Shown here: one piece after another, positions 19,608 to 29,807 of the stretch | Layout of the letters: each line of letters begins with the position of its first letter | Numbering within the stretch: position 1 is the stretch's first letter | Assembly (NCBI GenBank): GCA_038883855.1 | Contig: JAVZLH010000002.1 | Span: forward strand, 62,392-126,391 | DNA length: 64,000 bases | Direction of reading: 5' to 3' | DNA from: Candidatus Bathyarchaeia archaeon | GTDB lineage: Archaea; Thermoproteota; Bathyarchaeia; Bathyarchaeales; Bathycorpusculaceae | Notes under the pieces: generated by a model | The model's input: only the letters and a program-made list of their open reading frames with translations | Told to the model about the DNA's origin: nothing | Database searches by the model: none | Program-made: the position numbers and the translations under genes

Positions 19608-21440
19608 ATGTTTGGTTGGAACGGCAAACTCTTGCGGGTTAATGTTGAAAAGTTTAAGGCTGTAGCGCAAGAATATGATGCTGGAATGGCTAAAAAGTTT
19701 CTCGGCGGAAGAGGTTTTGCCGCCAAAATCCTCTGGGACGAACTCAAGCCCGGCGTTGACCCGTTGTCGCCTGAAAACAAACTTGTTTTCGCCGCTGGTC
19801 CATTAACTGGGCTTGTTTTGCCAAGTAGCGGAAAACTGGTTGTTGCAGCTAAAAGCCCCTTAACTGGAAGTTACGGTGACGGAAACATAGGGACCAATGC
19901 AGCGGTTCAAATGCGAAATGCAGGCTATGACGCTGTAATCGTTGAAGGTAAAGCCAACAAACCAATAGTTTTGCTTGTCCAAGACGAAACCGCAGATTTT
20001 TTAGACGCAAAAGACCTTTGGGGCTTAAACTCCTTTGAAACGGAAAAAAGGTTGAGAGAGATTTACGGAACAAACGCTGGCATCCTCTGTATAGGGCAGG
20101 GAGGCGAAAACCTCATAAAATTCGCCAACATCGTCTGCCAAGAAGGCAGAGCTGGCGGAAGGCCTGGAATAGGCGCTGTGATGGGCTCCAAGAATTTGAA
20201 AGCTGTTGTTTTTATTGGTTCAGGGGAGATTCAAGTTGCGTATCCAAAAGAAGTGAAGGAGCTGGGGGCGGAAGCTTACAGGGATATTTTAACTAAACCG
20301 AACTATGAGTTTTGGAAGCGTCAAGGCACAATGTCAACTTTGGAGTGGAGCCAAGAAAATAGCGCTTTGCCAACCTACAATTATAGAGAAGGCGTTTTCG
20401 AGGAAGCTGATAAAATCGGCGGCTTCGCCATGGAGAAAATAAAGGTTGGAAATCGAGGCTGTCCTAACTGCAACATGACTTGCGGCAATGTTGTTAAAGG
20501 CTCTGACAGGAAAGAGTCTGAACTTGACTACGAAAATGTCACGATGCTGGGTTCAAATATTGGTATAGGGAAGCTTCCGCAGGTTGCGGCGCTTAACAGG
20601 TCTGCTGACGAATTTGGGTTGGACACAATATCCTTAGGTAACGTGATTGGATTTGCCATGGAGGCTTCTGAAAAAGGCTTGATAGAAGAAAAGATTCCAT
20701 GGGGCAAATTTAAGACGGTTAAGGCTTTGGTTGAGGACATAGCTTTTAAGCGTGGTTTAGGCGCTGTTTTGGCTGAAGGGGTGCGTTTTGCCTCTGAGAA
20801 AATAAGTGGAGGCTCAAGTTCTTGGGCGATGCATGTTAAGGGGCTCGAAATTTCTGCTTATGACTGTCATGCCACACCAGGCATGGCGCTTTCTTACGGG
20901 ACAAGCTCGGTTGGAGCGCATCACAAGGACGCTTGGGTTATCTCATGGGAAGTTAAGTTTGGACGCGAAAGCTATGGTGAGGGAAAAGTTGACAAAGTAA
21001 TCGAGCTTCAACGCTTAAGAGGAGGGCTTTTTGAGTCTTTAACAGTGTGTAGGCTTCCATGGGTTGAGGTGGGCTTCGAACTTGAATGGTATCCAAAGTT
21101 TCTCCACGCCGTAACTGGATTGGAAATGAACTGGGAAAACCTAAACTTAATCGCGGACAGAACATTCAATTTGATTCGTGCCTTCTGGATACGTGAATAT
21201 GGCAAAAACTGGAGCAAGGAAATGGATGTCCCACCAGCAAGATGGTTTAAGGAACCTTTGACAAAAGGACCCTTGAAAGGCGCCAAACTCGATAGAACAA
21301 AATATGATGTTATGCTGCAGAAATATTACCAGAAGAGAGGCTGGGATGAGAGAGGCATACCAACAAAATCTACGCTGAAAAGACTTGGGTTAGAGGATGT
21401 TGCAGAACAACTTAAGAAACGTGTGAAACTTTACGAGTAA
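19608..21440 (+). CDS. for: Tungsten-dependent aldehyde:ferredoxin oxidoreductase, formaldehyde (FOR)-like
   Basis: GGRG, KSPLTGSYGDGNIG, GRAGGRPGIGAVMGSKNLKA, CPNCNMTC, DEFGLDTIS; resembles Thermococcales FOR as recalled. Confidence 0.85.
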   Translation: MFGWNGKLLRVNVEKFKAVAQEYDAGMAKKFLGGRGFAAKILWDELKPGVDPLSPENKLVFAAGPLTGLVLPSSGKLVVAAKSPLTGSYGDGNIGTNAAVQMRNAGYDAVIVEGKANKPIVLLVQDETADFLDAKDLWGLNSFETEKRLREIYGTNAGILCIGQGGENLIKFANIVCQEGRAGGRPGIGAVMGSKNLKAVVFIGSGEIQVAYPKEVKELGAEAYRDILTKPNYEFWKRQGTMSTLEWSQENSALPTYNYREGVFEEADKIGGFAMEKIKVGNRGCPNCNMTCGNVVKGSDRKESELDYENVTMLGSNIGIGKLPQVAALNRSADEFGLDTISLGNVIGFAMEASEKGLIEEKIPWGKFKTVKALVEDIAFKRGLGAVLAEGVRFASEKISGGSSSWAMHVKGLEISAYDCHATPGMALSYGTSSVGAHHKDAWVISWEVKFGRESYGEGKVDKVIELQRLRGGLFESLTVCRLPWVEVGFELEWYPKFLHAVTGLEMNWENLNLIADRTFNLIRAFWIREYGKNWSKEMDVPPARWFKEPLTKGPLKGAKLDRTKYDVMLQKYYQKRGWDERGIPTKSTLKRLGLEDVAEQLKKRVKLYE

Positions 21441-21449
21441 CGTAAAGTA

Positions 21450-22898
21450 TTAGTATGCTCTAGCGAAATAAGCAACTTCCTTTGCCTCACCGCCACAGTA
21501 AACACATTTTGCGAACGGCTTTTCCTTTTCAAAAGGCACTATCCTAATGGTCGCGCCAGTTTCCTCTTTAATCCTCTCTTCGCAAGCAGGACTGGAACAC
21601 CAAGAAGCCTTAATAAACCCGCCTTTGCTCTTCAAGGTTTCTTTAAACTCCTCATAGGTTTTTACCGTCGTGATTTTTTCTTCTAGAAATTTCTTGGCTT
21701 TATTATAGAGGTTGTTCTGAATCTCTTCAAGAAATTTCGTTATCGCGTTCACTGCCTCTTCCTCTTTCACAGCGATTCTCTCGAACGTGTCCCGCCTGGC
21801 CAAAGTAACCTGTTTTTGCCTTAAGTCTTTTGGACCTATTTCAACTCGTATCGGCACACCTTTAAGTTCCCAATCGTTAAACTTCCATCCAGGCGTATAC
21901 TCTGCTCTATCGTCTAGAACCACCGCTAATCCTGCTCTTTGCAGTTTTTCAAACAGCTCTTTTGCCTTAGCCAGTATGGCGGTTGAATCAGCATCTTTGT
22001 AGGGTATGGGAACTATTACAACCTGTATTGGCGCAATTTTCGGAGGCAAAACGAGCCCCTTGTCATCGCCGTGAACCATGACAACGGCGCCTATCAACCG
22101 GGTGGATATGCCCCAGGAAGTTTGCCACACGTAATGTTCCTTTTCATCTTCTCCTATGAATTTAATGTCGAAAACTTTCGCGAAGTTTTGTCCCAAATTG
22201 TGCGAGGTTCCCATTTGTAGGGCTTTTCCGTCTGGCATTATAGCCTCCAGAGCGGTTGTGTAGAGGGCTCCTGGAAATTTTTCGCTTTCCGTTTTCTTTC
22301 CGATGAGCACTGGAATTGCTAGATAGTTTTCCATGAGGTCTTTGTAAGCGTTTAGGATTTCCATCACTTCGCGGTCTGCTTCCTCTTTTGTGGCGTGTGC
22401 AGTGTGTCCTTCTTGCCATAGAAACTCTCTTGTTCTTAGAAATAGTTTGGTTCCTTTAGTGTCCCATCTTATGATGTTGCACCATTGGTTAATTTTTATT
22501 GGTAGGTCTCTCCAACTTCTAATCCACTTGGCGAACGTGGCATACATAATTGTTTCTGAAGTGGGTCTCAGAGCCAACTTTTCCTCTAAAGGTGTGTCTC
22601 CGCCAGTTGTCACCCATGCAACTTCCGGCGTGAACCCTGCAAAGTGTTCAGCCTCCTTTTTCAGAAAGCTTTCAGGTATAAACATTGGGAAGTACACGTT
22701 TTTGTGTCCCGTCGCCTTTATTTTTTCGTCGAATATTTGTTTGATTTTCTCCCAGATAGCATAAGACAACTCGCGGAAAATCATGCACCCCTTCACTGGC
22801 GCGTAATCAGCTAGCCCAGATTTTAGCACCACTTGCGTATACCATTCCGAGAAGTCTTCAGTCTTTTTCACGGTCACGCCTATGTCTGACATTTTCAT
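21450..22898 (-). CDS. proS: Proline--tRNA ligase, archaeal/eukaryotic type
   Basis: FSEWY, RPTSET, FLRTREFLWQEGHT, QMGTSHNLG, WGISTR, C-terminal FARAY. Confidence 0.97.
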   Translation of the reverse strand: MKMSDIGVTVKKTEDFSEWYTQVVLKSGLADYAPVKGCMIFRELSYAIWEKIKQIFDEKIKATGHKNVYFPMFIPESFLKKEAEHFAGFTPEVAWVTTGGDTPLEEKLALRPTSETIMYATFAKWIRSWRDLPIKINQWCNIIRWDTKGTKLFLRTREFLWQEGHTAHATKEEADREVMEILNAYKDLMENYLAIPVLIGKKTESEKFPGALYTTALEAIMPDGKALQMGTSHNLGQNFAKVFDIKFIGEDEKEHYVWQTSWGISTRLIGAVVMVHGDDKGLVLPPKIAPIQVVIVPIPYKDADSTAILAKAKELFEKLQRAGLAVVLDDRAEYTPGWKFNDWELKGVPIRVEIGPKDLRQKQVTLARRDTFERIAVKEEEAVNAITKFLEEIQNNLYNKAKKFLEEKITTVKTYEEFKETLKSKGGFIKASWCSSPACEERIKEETGATIRIVPFEKEKPFAKCVYCGGEAKEVAYFARAY

Positions 22899-23148
22899 CC
22901 TTCACCTTGTTTAACGTTTGCTGAATATAATCCTAGCGTAAAATTAATCCTAATGCTGGCTAATTTTGGCAGAAATTTAGCAGTGTGGAACTGAATCGCC
23001 CATTCAAACCACTTAACGAAAAATCAGCCTAGAAACTATTAAGCATTTCTAACGTTTTTTAAAGCAAAATTAATGAATAAAATATAAGTGTTTTAACCAT
23101 AAGCATTAAACTTGAATATATCACGGTCATAACAGTGTGTGAATAAAG

Positions 23149-24390
23149 ATGAAGGCGATTCTCCTCATTGGAGACGGAATGGCTGACCGACCACTAAAAG
23201 AGTTAAATGGAAAAACTCCTTTAGAAGTTGCAAAAAAGCCTTCTCTGAACAAAATAGCAAAAACGGGAATCTGCGGCATAATGGATCCAATAGCACCGGG
23301 AATCCCCCCTGGAAGCGATACGGCTACGCTTTCGTTGCTTGGCTATGACGCTTTAAAGGTTTACACGGGGAGAGGTTCCTTAGAAGCTTTAGGCTGCGGT
23401 ATGGAGCTTTTGCCGGGGGATGTTGCCCTCAGATGCAACTTCGCAACCGTTGACGAAAACATGGTTGTTTTGGATAGGAGGGCTGGCAGAATCGAAAATG
23501 AAGACGCGGCAAAGTTGACTGAAAGTCTTCAAGAAGTCGAGTTGAAGAACTCTTTTGGCGCTAAGTTCTTTTTAAAGAACACTGTTCAACATCGGGCGGT
23601 GCTTTTAGTTCGTGGTTCAAAACTTTCAGCGGATGTTAGCGACTCTGACCCTTTAAAAGTTGGGAAAAAAGTTTCGGAAGTGAAACCCTTAAGCGATAGT
23701 CTGGCTGCTAAACGCACCGCTGAAATCCTCAACGAGCTTATGTTAAAATTTCACAAAGTTTTGAATGAACATCAAATTAACAAAGAAAGGGTTAAACGCG
23801 GATTATTGCCTGCGAATATGCTTTTGTTTAGAGGAGCTGGTTCTGTTCCTAATCTGAAACCTCTCTCGGAAATTTATGGCGTAAACACTGCATGTGTAGC
23901 CGCCATGCCATTAATCAGAGGAATATGTAAGGCGGCTGGAATGAAACTTGTCGATGTGAAAGGTGCGACAGGAACCCCGCAAACAGATTTTATGGCTAAG
24001 GCAAAGGCAACCATTCAAGCACTTGGAGACAATGACTTCGTGTTTTTGCACGTGAAAGCCACAGACGCTGCAAGTCACGACGGATTTTTCAAACAGAAAA
24101 TCGAGTTGATCGAGAAAATCGATGAAATGCTTGGTTACATACTGGGCAGAATAGACTTGGATAATACTTATGTGGCTGTAACTGCTGACCATACAACATC
24201 CTCCATAACAAAAAGCCATGAGGGAGACCCTGTTCCAGTGGCTATAACTGGACCGTATGTGCGCAGCGATGATGTTGAAAAGTTTAGTGAACGCGCTTGC
24301 GCCAAGGGAGGTTTGCATAGAATAAGGGGAATAGATTTGATGCCTATTCTGATGAACTTGATCGGCAAGACAAAGAGGTTTGGAGCCTAG
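23149..24390 (+). CDS. apgM: 2,3-bisphosphoglycerate-independent phosphoglycerate mutase
   Basis: DGMADRP, PGSDTA, DRRAGRI, HVKATDAASHDG, TADHTT, H.GDPVP. Confidence 0.93.
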   Translation: MKAILLIGDGMADRPLKELNGKTPLEVAKKPSLNKIAKTGICGIMDPIAPGIPPGSDTATLSLLGYDALKVYTGRGSLEALGCGMELLPGDVALRCNFATVDENMVVLDRRAGRIENEDAAKLTESLQEVELKNSFGAKFFLKNTVQHRAVLLVRGSKLSADVSDSDPLKVGKKVSEVKPLSDSLAAKRTAEILNELMLKFHKVLNEHQINKERVKRGLLPANMLLFRGAGSVPNLKPLSEIYGVNTACVAAMPLIRGICKAAGMKLVDVKGATGTPQTDFMAKAKATIQALGDNDFVFLHVKATDAASHDGFFKQKIELIEKIDEMLGYILGRIDLDNTYVAVTADHTTSSITKSHEGDPVPVAITGPYVRSDDVEKFSERACAKGGLHRIRGIDLMPILMNLIGKTKRFGA

Positions 24391-24399
24391 TTCTGGCTA

Positions 24400-24680
24400 T
24401 TATACTGGTAGAGACGCCATTCTCTCTATAGTCCGTCGCTACTCTAACGTAGCCTCTTAGCATATTGTTCACCTCAGCGTCTCCAGTATCAACCCTTAAA
24501 ACGCCGTCTTCTATACTTTGAAGCTTGCTTTTTGTCGCTGCAATTGTTATCCGTTATTTTCCAACACACTTAATTATTTCTGGGATTATATGCTGTTCTC
24601 CACTTCCGAAAAGGATGCCTTGACGCCCTATTGGCAGTTACCAAAAGTCTAACAGCCTTTTCCGTGTCTATAAAACCACG
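24400..24680 (-). pseudogene. Relic of an ATP-NAD kinase family protein (COG3199-like) C-terminal domain
   Basis: Reverse strand reads PIGRQGILFGSGEQHIIPEIIKCVGK*RITIAATKSKLQSIEDGVLRVDTGDAEVNNMLRGYVRVATDY with an internal stop; N-terminal part absent. Confidence 0.7.
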
Positions 24681-24761
24681 CTTCGTTATTACCCGTGATA
24701 AGATTTATTGCGCTGGCTATAAACATATTTTGATAAAGCGTCTTCGGAGATTAAAGTTCCG

Positions 24762-25376
24762 GTGGGAAACGTGTTTAAAGGGACTTTTTCCATCTTAGCA
24801 ACATTGCCCAACTCCAAACTGATAGGCGTTGCTGTTGCCTCTGGCTCAATAGCTGTTGGCGACAGAGTTTCTCATGCAATGCCGGGAATCGGTGCTGTAG
24901 CCACCCAAGCTTACACCGAAATCTCTTATGGAACTGAAGGATTGGAACTTTTGGTTAGGGGTTTTTCGCCAACCGAAGCCTTAAACAAGCTTCTGGCTAA
25001 AGACCCAGATAGGGAGAAGAGGCAAGTTGCTATAATGGATTTTAAGAAGAGAAAAGCCGTTTTTACGGGAGTTGAAACTCCAGAATTTCGCGGAGAACGT
25101 GTAGGTGAGGAGTACATTGTTGTCGGAAATTTACTTTCAAGTAAAAGTGTTGTAGACAGCATGGCTGAAGCGTTTGAAAACTCAAGGAGAAATTTAGCCG
25201 TGAGAATGTTAGATGCGCTGAAGGCTGGAAATAATGCTGGAGGAGATAGAAGAGGCGAAAAATCCGCAGCCCTGATAATTGTGGATTATGAGGAAGTGGT
25301 TTTACAAGTTAAGGTTGACGAGCACCCACAACCCATTGAAGAATTACGCCGCAAACTAGAGAACTTAATAAAATGA
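24762..25376 (+). CDS. DUF1028 family Ntn-hydrolase-like protein
   Basis: TFSILA, GVAVAS, GAVATQA, RQV, GNLL, GGDRRG.KSAAL, VDEHPQPIEEL. Confidence 0.88.
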   Translation: MGNVFKGTFSILATLPNSKLIGVAVASGSIAVGDRVSHAMPGIGAVATQAYTEISYGTEGLELLVRGFSPTEALNKLLAKDPDREKRQVAIMDFKKRKAVFTGVETPEFRGERVGEEYIVVGNLLSSKSVVDSMAEAFENSRRNLAVRMLDALKAGNNAGGDRRGEKSAALIIVDYEEVVLQVKVDEHPQPIEELRRKLENLIK

Positions 25377-25434
25377 TGTTATACCGTGTTTTGACTGAAA
25401 TATTATAATTGCTAGATTACAACATCCGCTTGCA

Positions 25435-25760
25435 ATGTGCGACTCCTTTATGAAGCTATTAGCGAAAAATTACGCGTATTTTGTTAAAGAATACACTGTT
25501 TTGCCGATCATGCATATGCCCGACTGCATAAGCACAACCCTTTATTTGATGGAGGCTTACCGCACAAGCTATAATGTGGCTGGAAATGAATTTTCCGCTG
25601 GAGAACTGGTAGCTGAAATAAAAAAGGCGTATTCAAGAATTTATGTGTGATTATAAACAAGATTTTAGGTAGAAGATTGCTGAGTCTTGGCCTATGTCGA
25701 TTGACGATAGCTTAGCCCGTAGGGATTGTAATTGGAAGCCTACATATGACTTGGCTATGC
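25435..25760 (+). pseudogene. tdh: C-terminal relic of SDR-type L-threonine 3-dehydrogenase
   Basis: LPIMHMPDC...RTSYNVAG.EFSAGELVAEIKK, then after disruption QDFR*KIAESWPMSIDDSLARRDCNWKPTYDL. Confidence 0.7.
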
Positions 25761-26249
25761 CAACGTGGATATGCTTGAAAAACCAACGTTTAAATATGTT
25801 TGATGTTCGAGCCTACCAAAAAATTCATAAATAATTTTTGATCAATTTTTAAATGGGGGGCTTACCTCTAGCATTATGACGTTGTCCGACCCGTCGCACA
25901 GCTATGAGGTTTTGAAGCTCCCCCCTCTTTCTATTTTCGTTGTGAAAGCTAAACATGAGATTTGCGGGGTTAAGGTAGTAAACATTGAAAGAGGTTTGAA
26001 ACAAAGCTTAGGAGAGGTGATTAATGTAATTGCTAAGCGTCATCCAACTAAATATTTAGTGAGGAATACCAGCGTTTGGTTCGTGAATCTGCCAGCGAGT
26101 CGATCTTCATAGTGAATCGAAAAGAAGTTTTGATGCTTTGCGCAAGCAATTATCTCAACCTTGCAATAAACCAAAAGTTGTTAACGCCCTGATGGAAGCA
26201 ACGGAAAACACGGGGCTGGAGATGAAGCGACAGGTTAATTTCTGGCAAC

Positions 26250-26565
26250 AAAAACGAGCCTCAGCATGCGAAAAGGTTTGGGAAAACCGCAATCGCTTGT
26301 TGGATGCGTTGCATGACGCGGGTTTTGATATCGGCAACAGAGAAACACCCATAAGTTATGTGTGGCAAGAGTAAAACTGCAAGAGACTTAGCTGACTACC
26401 TTCGGATGAAGGAAATCCTTATTCTGCCAATATTCTATCCTACGGTGGCAAGGGACAAAACATGAATCCGCGTTCAAATCTACAAAGCACATAACAGAAC
26501 AATTGGACAAGGCTGCAGAAACCTTCAAGGGGACACAAAAACTGGAAAATAATCTGAAACCGTTA
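26250..26565 (+). pseudogene. kbl: C-terminal relic of glycine C-acetyltransferase (Kbl/BioF class II PLP enzyme)
   Basis: KVWENRNRLLDALHDAGFDIGNRETPI, frameshift, KTARDLADYL..ILPIFYPTVARDKT*IRVQI. Confidence 0.7.
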
Positions 26566-26597
26566 AAAGCCAGCTCGCTTTTCATTTTCTGTCGCAG

Positions 26598-27233
26598 ATG
26601 CTGATGAGTATAGCCCAGAAAAAGCAACAGTTAAGAGAAGCAATTTGGAATGAGATGCAACTTCGCGGAATAGCCACTTTTCCATTGCCATGCAAGGGCA
26701 GAATCCCAAACTTTGTTGGGGCGGAAACCGCCGCCGAAAAACTGCACCAACTAGAAGAGTGGAGAAAAGCCAAAGTAATATTTGCCAATCCAGACTCACC
26801 TCAGCGGAAAGTGCGAGAAAACGCTTTGAAAGATGGGAAAATTCTCGTAATGGCTTCTCCAAGGCTTGAAAGAGGCTTTATCCTACTTAACCCCACTGCC
26901 GTGAAAGGCGAGGAAAGCTTTGCTTCAACGATTAAAGGCGCTTTTAAACTTGGCAGAACAATTAATGCTGAGGAAATGCCTAAGCCGGCCTTGATTGTTG
27001 AGGGTTCTGTGGCTGTTGATTTGCGTGGGCATAGGCTTGGAAAAGGACATGGTTATGGCGACGTTGAAATCAGCATTTTGAAAAAATTGTTTGGAGAAAT
27101 CCCCATAGCTACAACGGTACATGACATGCAAGTTGTTGAAACTGTTCCATTCGAGGAAAAAGACGAAAAAGTTTCACTAATAGTCACCCCTACAAGAGTT
27201 ATTCGCATAACAGCCAAAAATTTTGAGGCTTGA
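26598..27233 (+). CDS. 5-formyltetrahydrofolate cyclo-ligase family protein (MTHFSD-like)
   Basis: GRIPNFVGA, NPDSPQ, GSVAVD, RLGKGHGYGDVE, TTVHDMQ, IVTPT. Confidence 0.88.
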   Translation: MLMSIAQKKQQLREAIWNEMQLRGIATFPLPCKGRIPNFVGAETAAEKLHQLEEWRKAKVIFANPDSPQRKVRENALKDGKILVMASPRLERGFILLNPTAVKGEESFASTIKGAFKLGRTINAEEMPKPALIVEGSVAVDLRGHRLGKGHGYGDVEISILKKLFGEIPIATTVHDMQVVETVPFEEKDEKVSLIVTPTRVIRITAKNFEA

Positions 27234-27290
27234 AAAATCTAGAGGGGTCTATCAGCATTGGCTGCTTTTCAATCCAAAATTATGGGGTTT

Positions 27291-29159
27291 TCAACGTAAT
27301 TTTTCCAGAACCTTGTCAACGTCTTCTAACCCGAGTTTTTTGAGAGTTTCCGTTTTTGGTATGCCATTTTCATCCCAACCCACAGCCTCGTAATACCTCT
27401 TAACTTCGTTCATAACAGCATTTTTTTCAACCGTCTTGCCTTTGAAAGGCCCTGTGGGAAGCGGTTCATAGAACCTTGGAGGATTGTCGTCATGGATTTT
27501 CGGGTTCCATTTCAAGTCTGGACCGCCCAATAAAAGCATGGCTCTCTGCAACTGCAGTATCTTTAACGCCTTCCTATTAATCCACTCCTCCATTGGCATT
27601 TCCACTCCAGTAACCGCCTTATAGAATTCGAAGATGGTTCTGCGCGGGAGCTCGAAAATGTTGAAGTAACAGTAAACAGCAGAATCATGAAAAATGATCA
27701 GTAACTCGCTTCTGAAATCGTCAAGTGGCAAAGCAGCTGGTGAAGTGTGGTCTCCGCCTTGAACGGAACAAGCATAGCCATGAATGTCAACGAAGTCCTT
27801 CTCACTGCGGATCCCATGAGCGCCTATGCCAATCCCCTTACATTGCACTGCATAAGGCATAACATTGACGCCTTTCATTCTTCCAATTTTTAAAGCCGCA
27901 CGATATGTTCCCTCAGCTAAGATGTTGCCGACCCCTTCTCTGAAAGCGATTTTCTTGGCTAATGCGGCGAAGGCTTTGGCGTCTCCCCATGTGGGTTTTA
28001 TACCATCCAAGTCCTCCTCGCTTAAAATTCCTCTTTGGAAAAGCTCAGCTACAAAACCAAGCACGTTGCCAGTTTGTATGCCGCACAAGCCCAAATCGTC
28101 AAGAAGCGAAGAAAGGAAAACATTGTCTTCTGGAGAGAAAATTCCAAGGTTCGGACCCAAATAAGCTTGCATTTCATAGTCTGGATTGTCCGTTATAGAA
28201 CCTTTAAACCTCCCAGACTTGGAAACAGCAATCTTTAAACATGTGGTTGGACAGCCGAAGTCTCCCCAAAACTGCTTCACCCAAAACCTATTCTCAAACT
28301 GGTCAACGCCGAACTCTCGCCTCTCATGCCACTCTTCCTGCCAATTCCGAACAGGCTCAGAGCTTCTCTTTGCAGCAACTTCGTAGCCTCCTGCCCCAGT
28401 TCCCCAACGCCTCCACAACTCGTTTTCATAGGCATTGGTGCAAACCGCTTGCATTAGTTGCTTAACAGATTCCATATCGCTTACATCCGGTAGCGGGCCA
28501 GTTCCCTTAACAACAATAGCCTTAAGCCCTTTTGAACCCATAACCGCGCCGTAACCGCCATATCCAGCTGCATGAGTCCATTTTGCAGCAACAATAGCCG
28601 TGCGCACTTTATTCTCGCCAGCGGGTCCAATATATAGAATGGAAGGCTCTCTCCACATGCCTTTCTGGGGATACCGCTTCTTCAAAATCTCCCTACATTC
28701 TTTTGTTAACAAAGTAACCGTTTGCTTTGCGTCTTTACCCCAGACATGGCTTGCATCCCTAATTTCAACATCAGAATCCTTAACGAAAAGGTAAACAGGC
28801 TTTTCCGCCTTCCCCAAAACAATAATGCCATCGTAACCAGCGCACTTTAACTCAACACCAAACTCGCCAGCAACCGTAGAACCAATGACGCCGTTATTCT
28901 GCGGAGACTTCCCAGAAACACAAGTTCTTCCACCAGGGAAAAAGCCGGTAAGCGGACCAGTCAAAAACAGCAAAATGTTTTCTGGACTTAATGGGTCGAC
29001 GCTTTCCCATTTTTCGCCAAGTCTATCCCAGAGGATTTTCGCTGCTAAGCCCCTTCCACCAACATAATCCCTCAAAACTTCATCGTCAAACCTTGCCTCA
29101 CTTATTTTCCCATCTGAAAGGTTAACTTCAAGAAACTTTCCAGCATACCCCTTAATCAT
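27291..29159 (-). CDS. Second tungsten aldehyde:ferredoxin oxidoreductase family enzyme (large subunit)
   Basis: GGRGLAAKIL, KSPQ, AGYDG, IGPAGEN, GAVMGSKGLKA, GWDENGIP; cluster motif DFGCPTTC. Confidence 0.9.
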   Translation of the reverse strand: MIKGYAGKFLEVNLSDGKISEARFDDEVLRDYVGGRGLAAKILWDRLGEKWESVDPLSPENILLFLTGPLTGFFPGGRTCVSGKSPQNNGVIGSTVAGEFGVELKCAGYDGIIVLGKAEKPVYLFVKDSDVEIRDASHVWGKDAKQTVTLLTKECREILKKRYPQKGMWREPSILYIGPAGENKVRTAIVAAKWTHAAGYGGYGAVMGSKGLKAIVVKGTGPLPDVSDMESVKQLMQAVCTNAYENELWRRWGTGAGGYEVAAKRSSEPVRNWQEEWHERREFGVDQFENRFWVKQFWGDFGCPTTCLKIAVSKSGRFKGSITDNPDYEMQAYLGPNLGIFSPEDNVFLSSLLDDLGLCGIQTGNVLGFVAELFQRGILSEEDLDGIKPTWGDAKAFAALAKKIAFREGVGNILAEGTYRAALKIGRMKGVNVMPYAVQCKGIGIGAHGIRSEKDFVDIHGYACSVQGGDHTSPAALPLDDFRSELLIIFHDSAVYCYFNIFELPRRTIFEFYKAVTGVEMPMEEWINRKALKILQLQRAMLLLGGPDLKWNPKIHDDNPPRFYEPLPTGPFKGKTVEKNAVMNEVKRYYEAVGWDENGIPKTETLKKLGLEDVDKVLEKLR

Positions 29160-29698
29160 AGGAATTCCTCCGCTTTATCCTCAAACAGTTTAATGGCTAA
29201 ATCCCGCGTCACTTCCTCTGGAGTGCGCGAATAAAGCCTGTAGGCATGGTCTCCCCTCGAAACTTTCTTTAAAACGTTCCACCCGCCTTCTTGACAAACC
29301 TTTACACATTGGGGGTCGCCGCCGCACAAATCACAGATCAAAATATGCTTTCCACTCGGGTGCATGTGCGGAACCTTGCCCGGACAAGCCTCTATGCAGC
29401 TTCCGCAAGCCGTGCAAGCCTCCGCATCAACTAAAACAGCTCCAGTTTCTCTGCTAACTGAAAGGGCGTTTACTGGACACGCATTTACACAGGGATAATC
29501 TTCACATTGAACACAGAAATGCGGAAAATCAACCCCTGGAACAAGCATGAAAACCCTTATTCTAGAAGCCTCTGGCCAAACACAGTTCTCGTGAAAAAGC
29601 GAGCATTCAATTTCGCATTTTCGGCAGCCACTGCATTTTGAAAGTTCTCTCGCAATCCATATGGCTTCCTTTTTTTCAACCAACTCCAAAACCTCCAC
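29156..29698 (-). CDS. Four-cluster 4Fe-4S protein (DmsB/HybA-like), AOR partner subunit
   Basis: CSGCRKC..EC, CVQC...PCVNACP, CTACGSCIEACP, CDLCGGDPQCVKVC; ATGA overlap with the AOR gene. Confidence 0.9.
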   Translation of the reverse strand: MEVLELVEKKEAIWIARELSKCSGCRKCEIECSLFHENCVWPEASRIRVFMLVPGVDFPHFCVQCEDYPCVNACPVNALSVSRETGAVLVDAEACTACGSCIEACPGKVPHMHPSGKHILICDLCGGDPQCVKVCQEGGWNVLKKVSRGDHAYRLYSRTPEEVTRDLAIKLFEDKAEEFL

Positions 29699-29807
29699 GG
29701 ATTTTATAGATTTTTAGTGAGTCCTTTGATTTATAAGATTTGGCTCCTTAGATAGTGACAATTCCTTTAAGCTGTTAAAACAATTACTAGGAGGAGAACA
29801 TCTAGAA

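Noticed and set aside
25876-26112. 78-aa ORF between the tdh and kbl relics
   Set aside because: No recognisable motif; lies in an eroded region and cannot be supported as a gene
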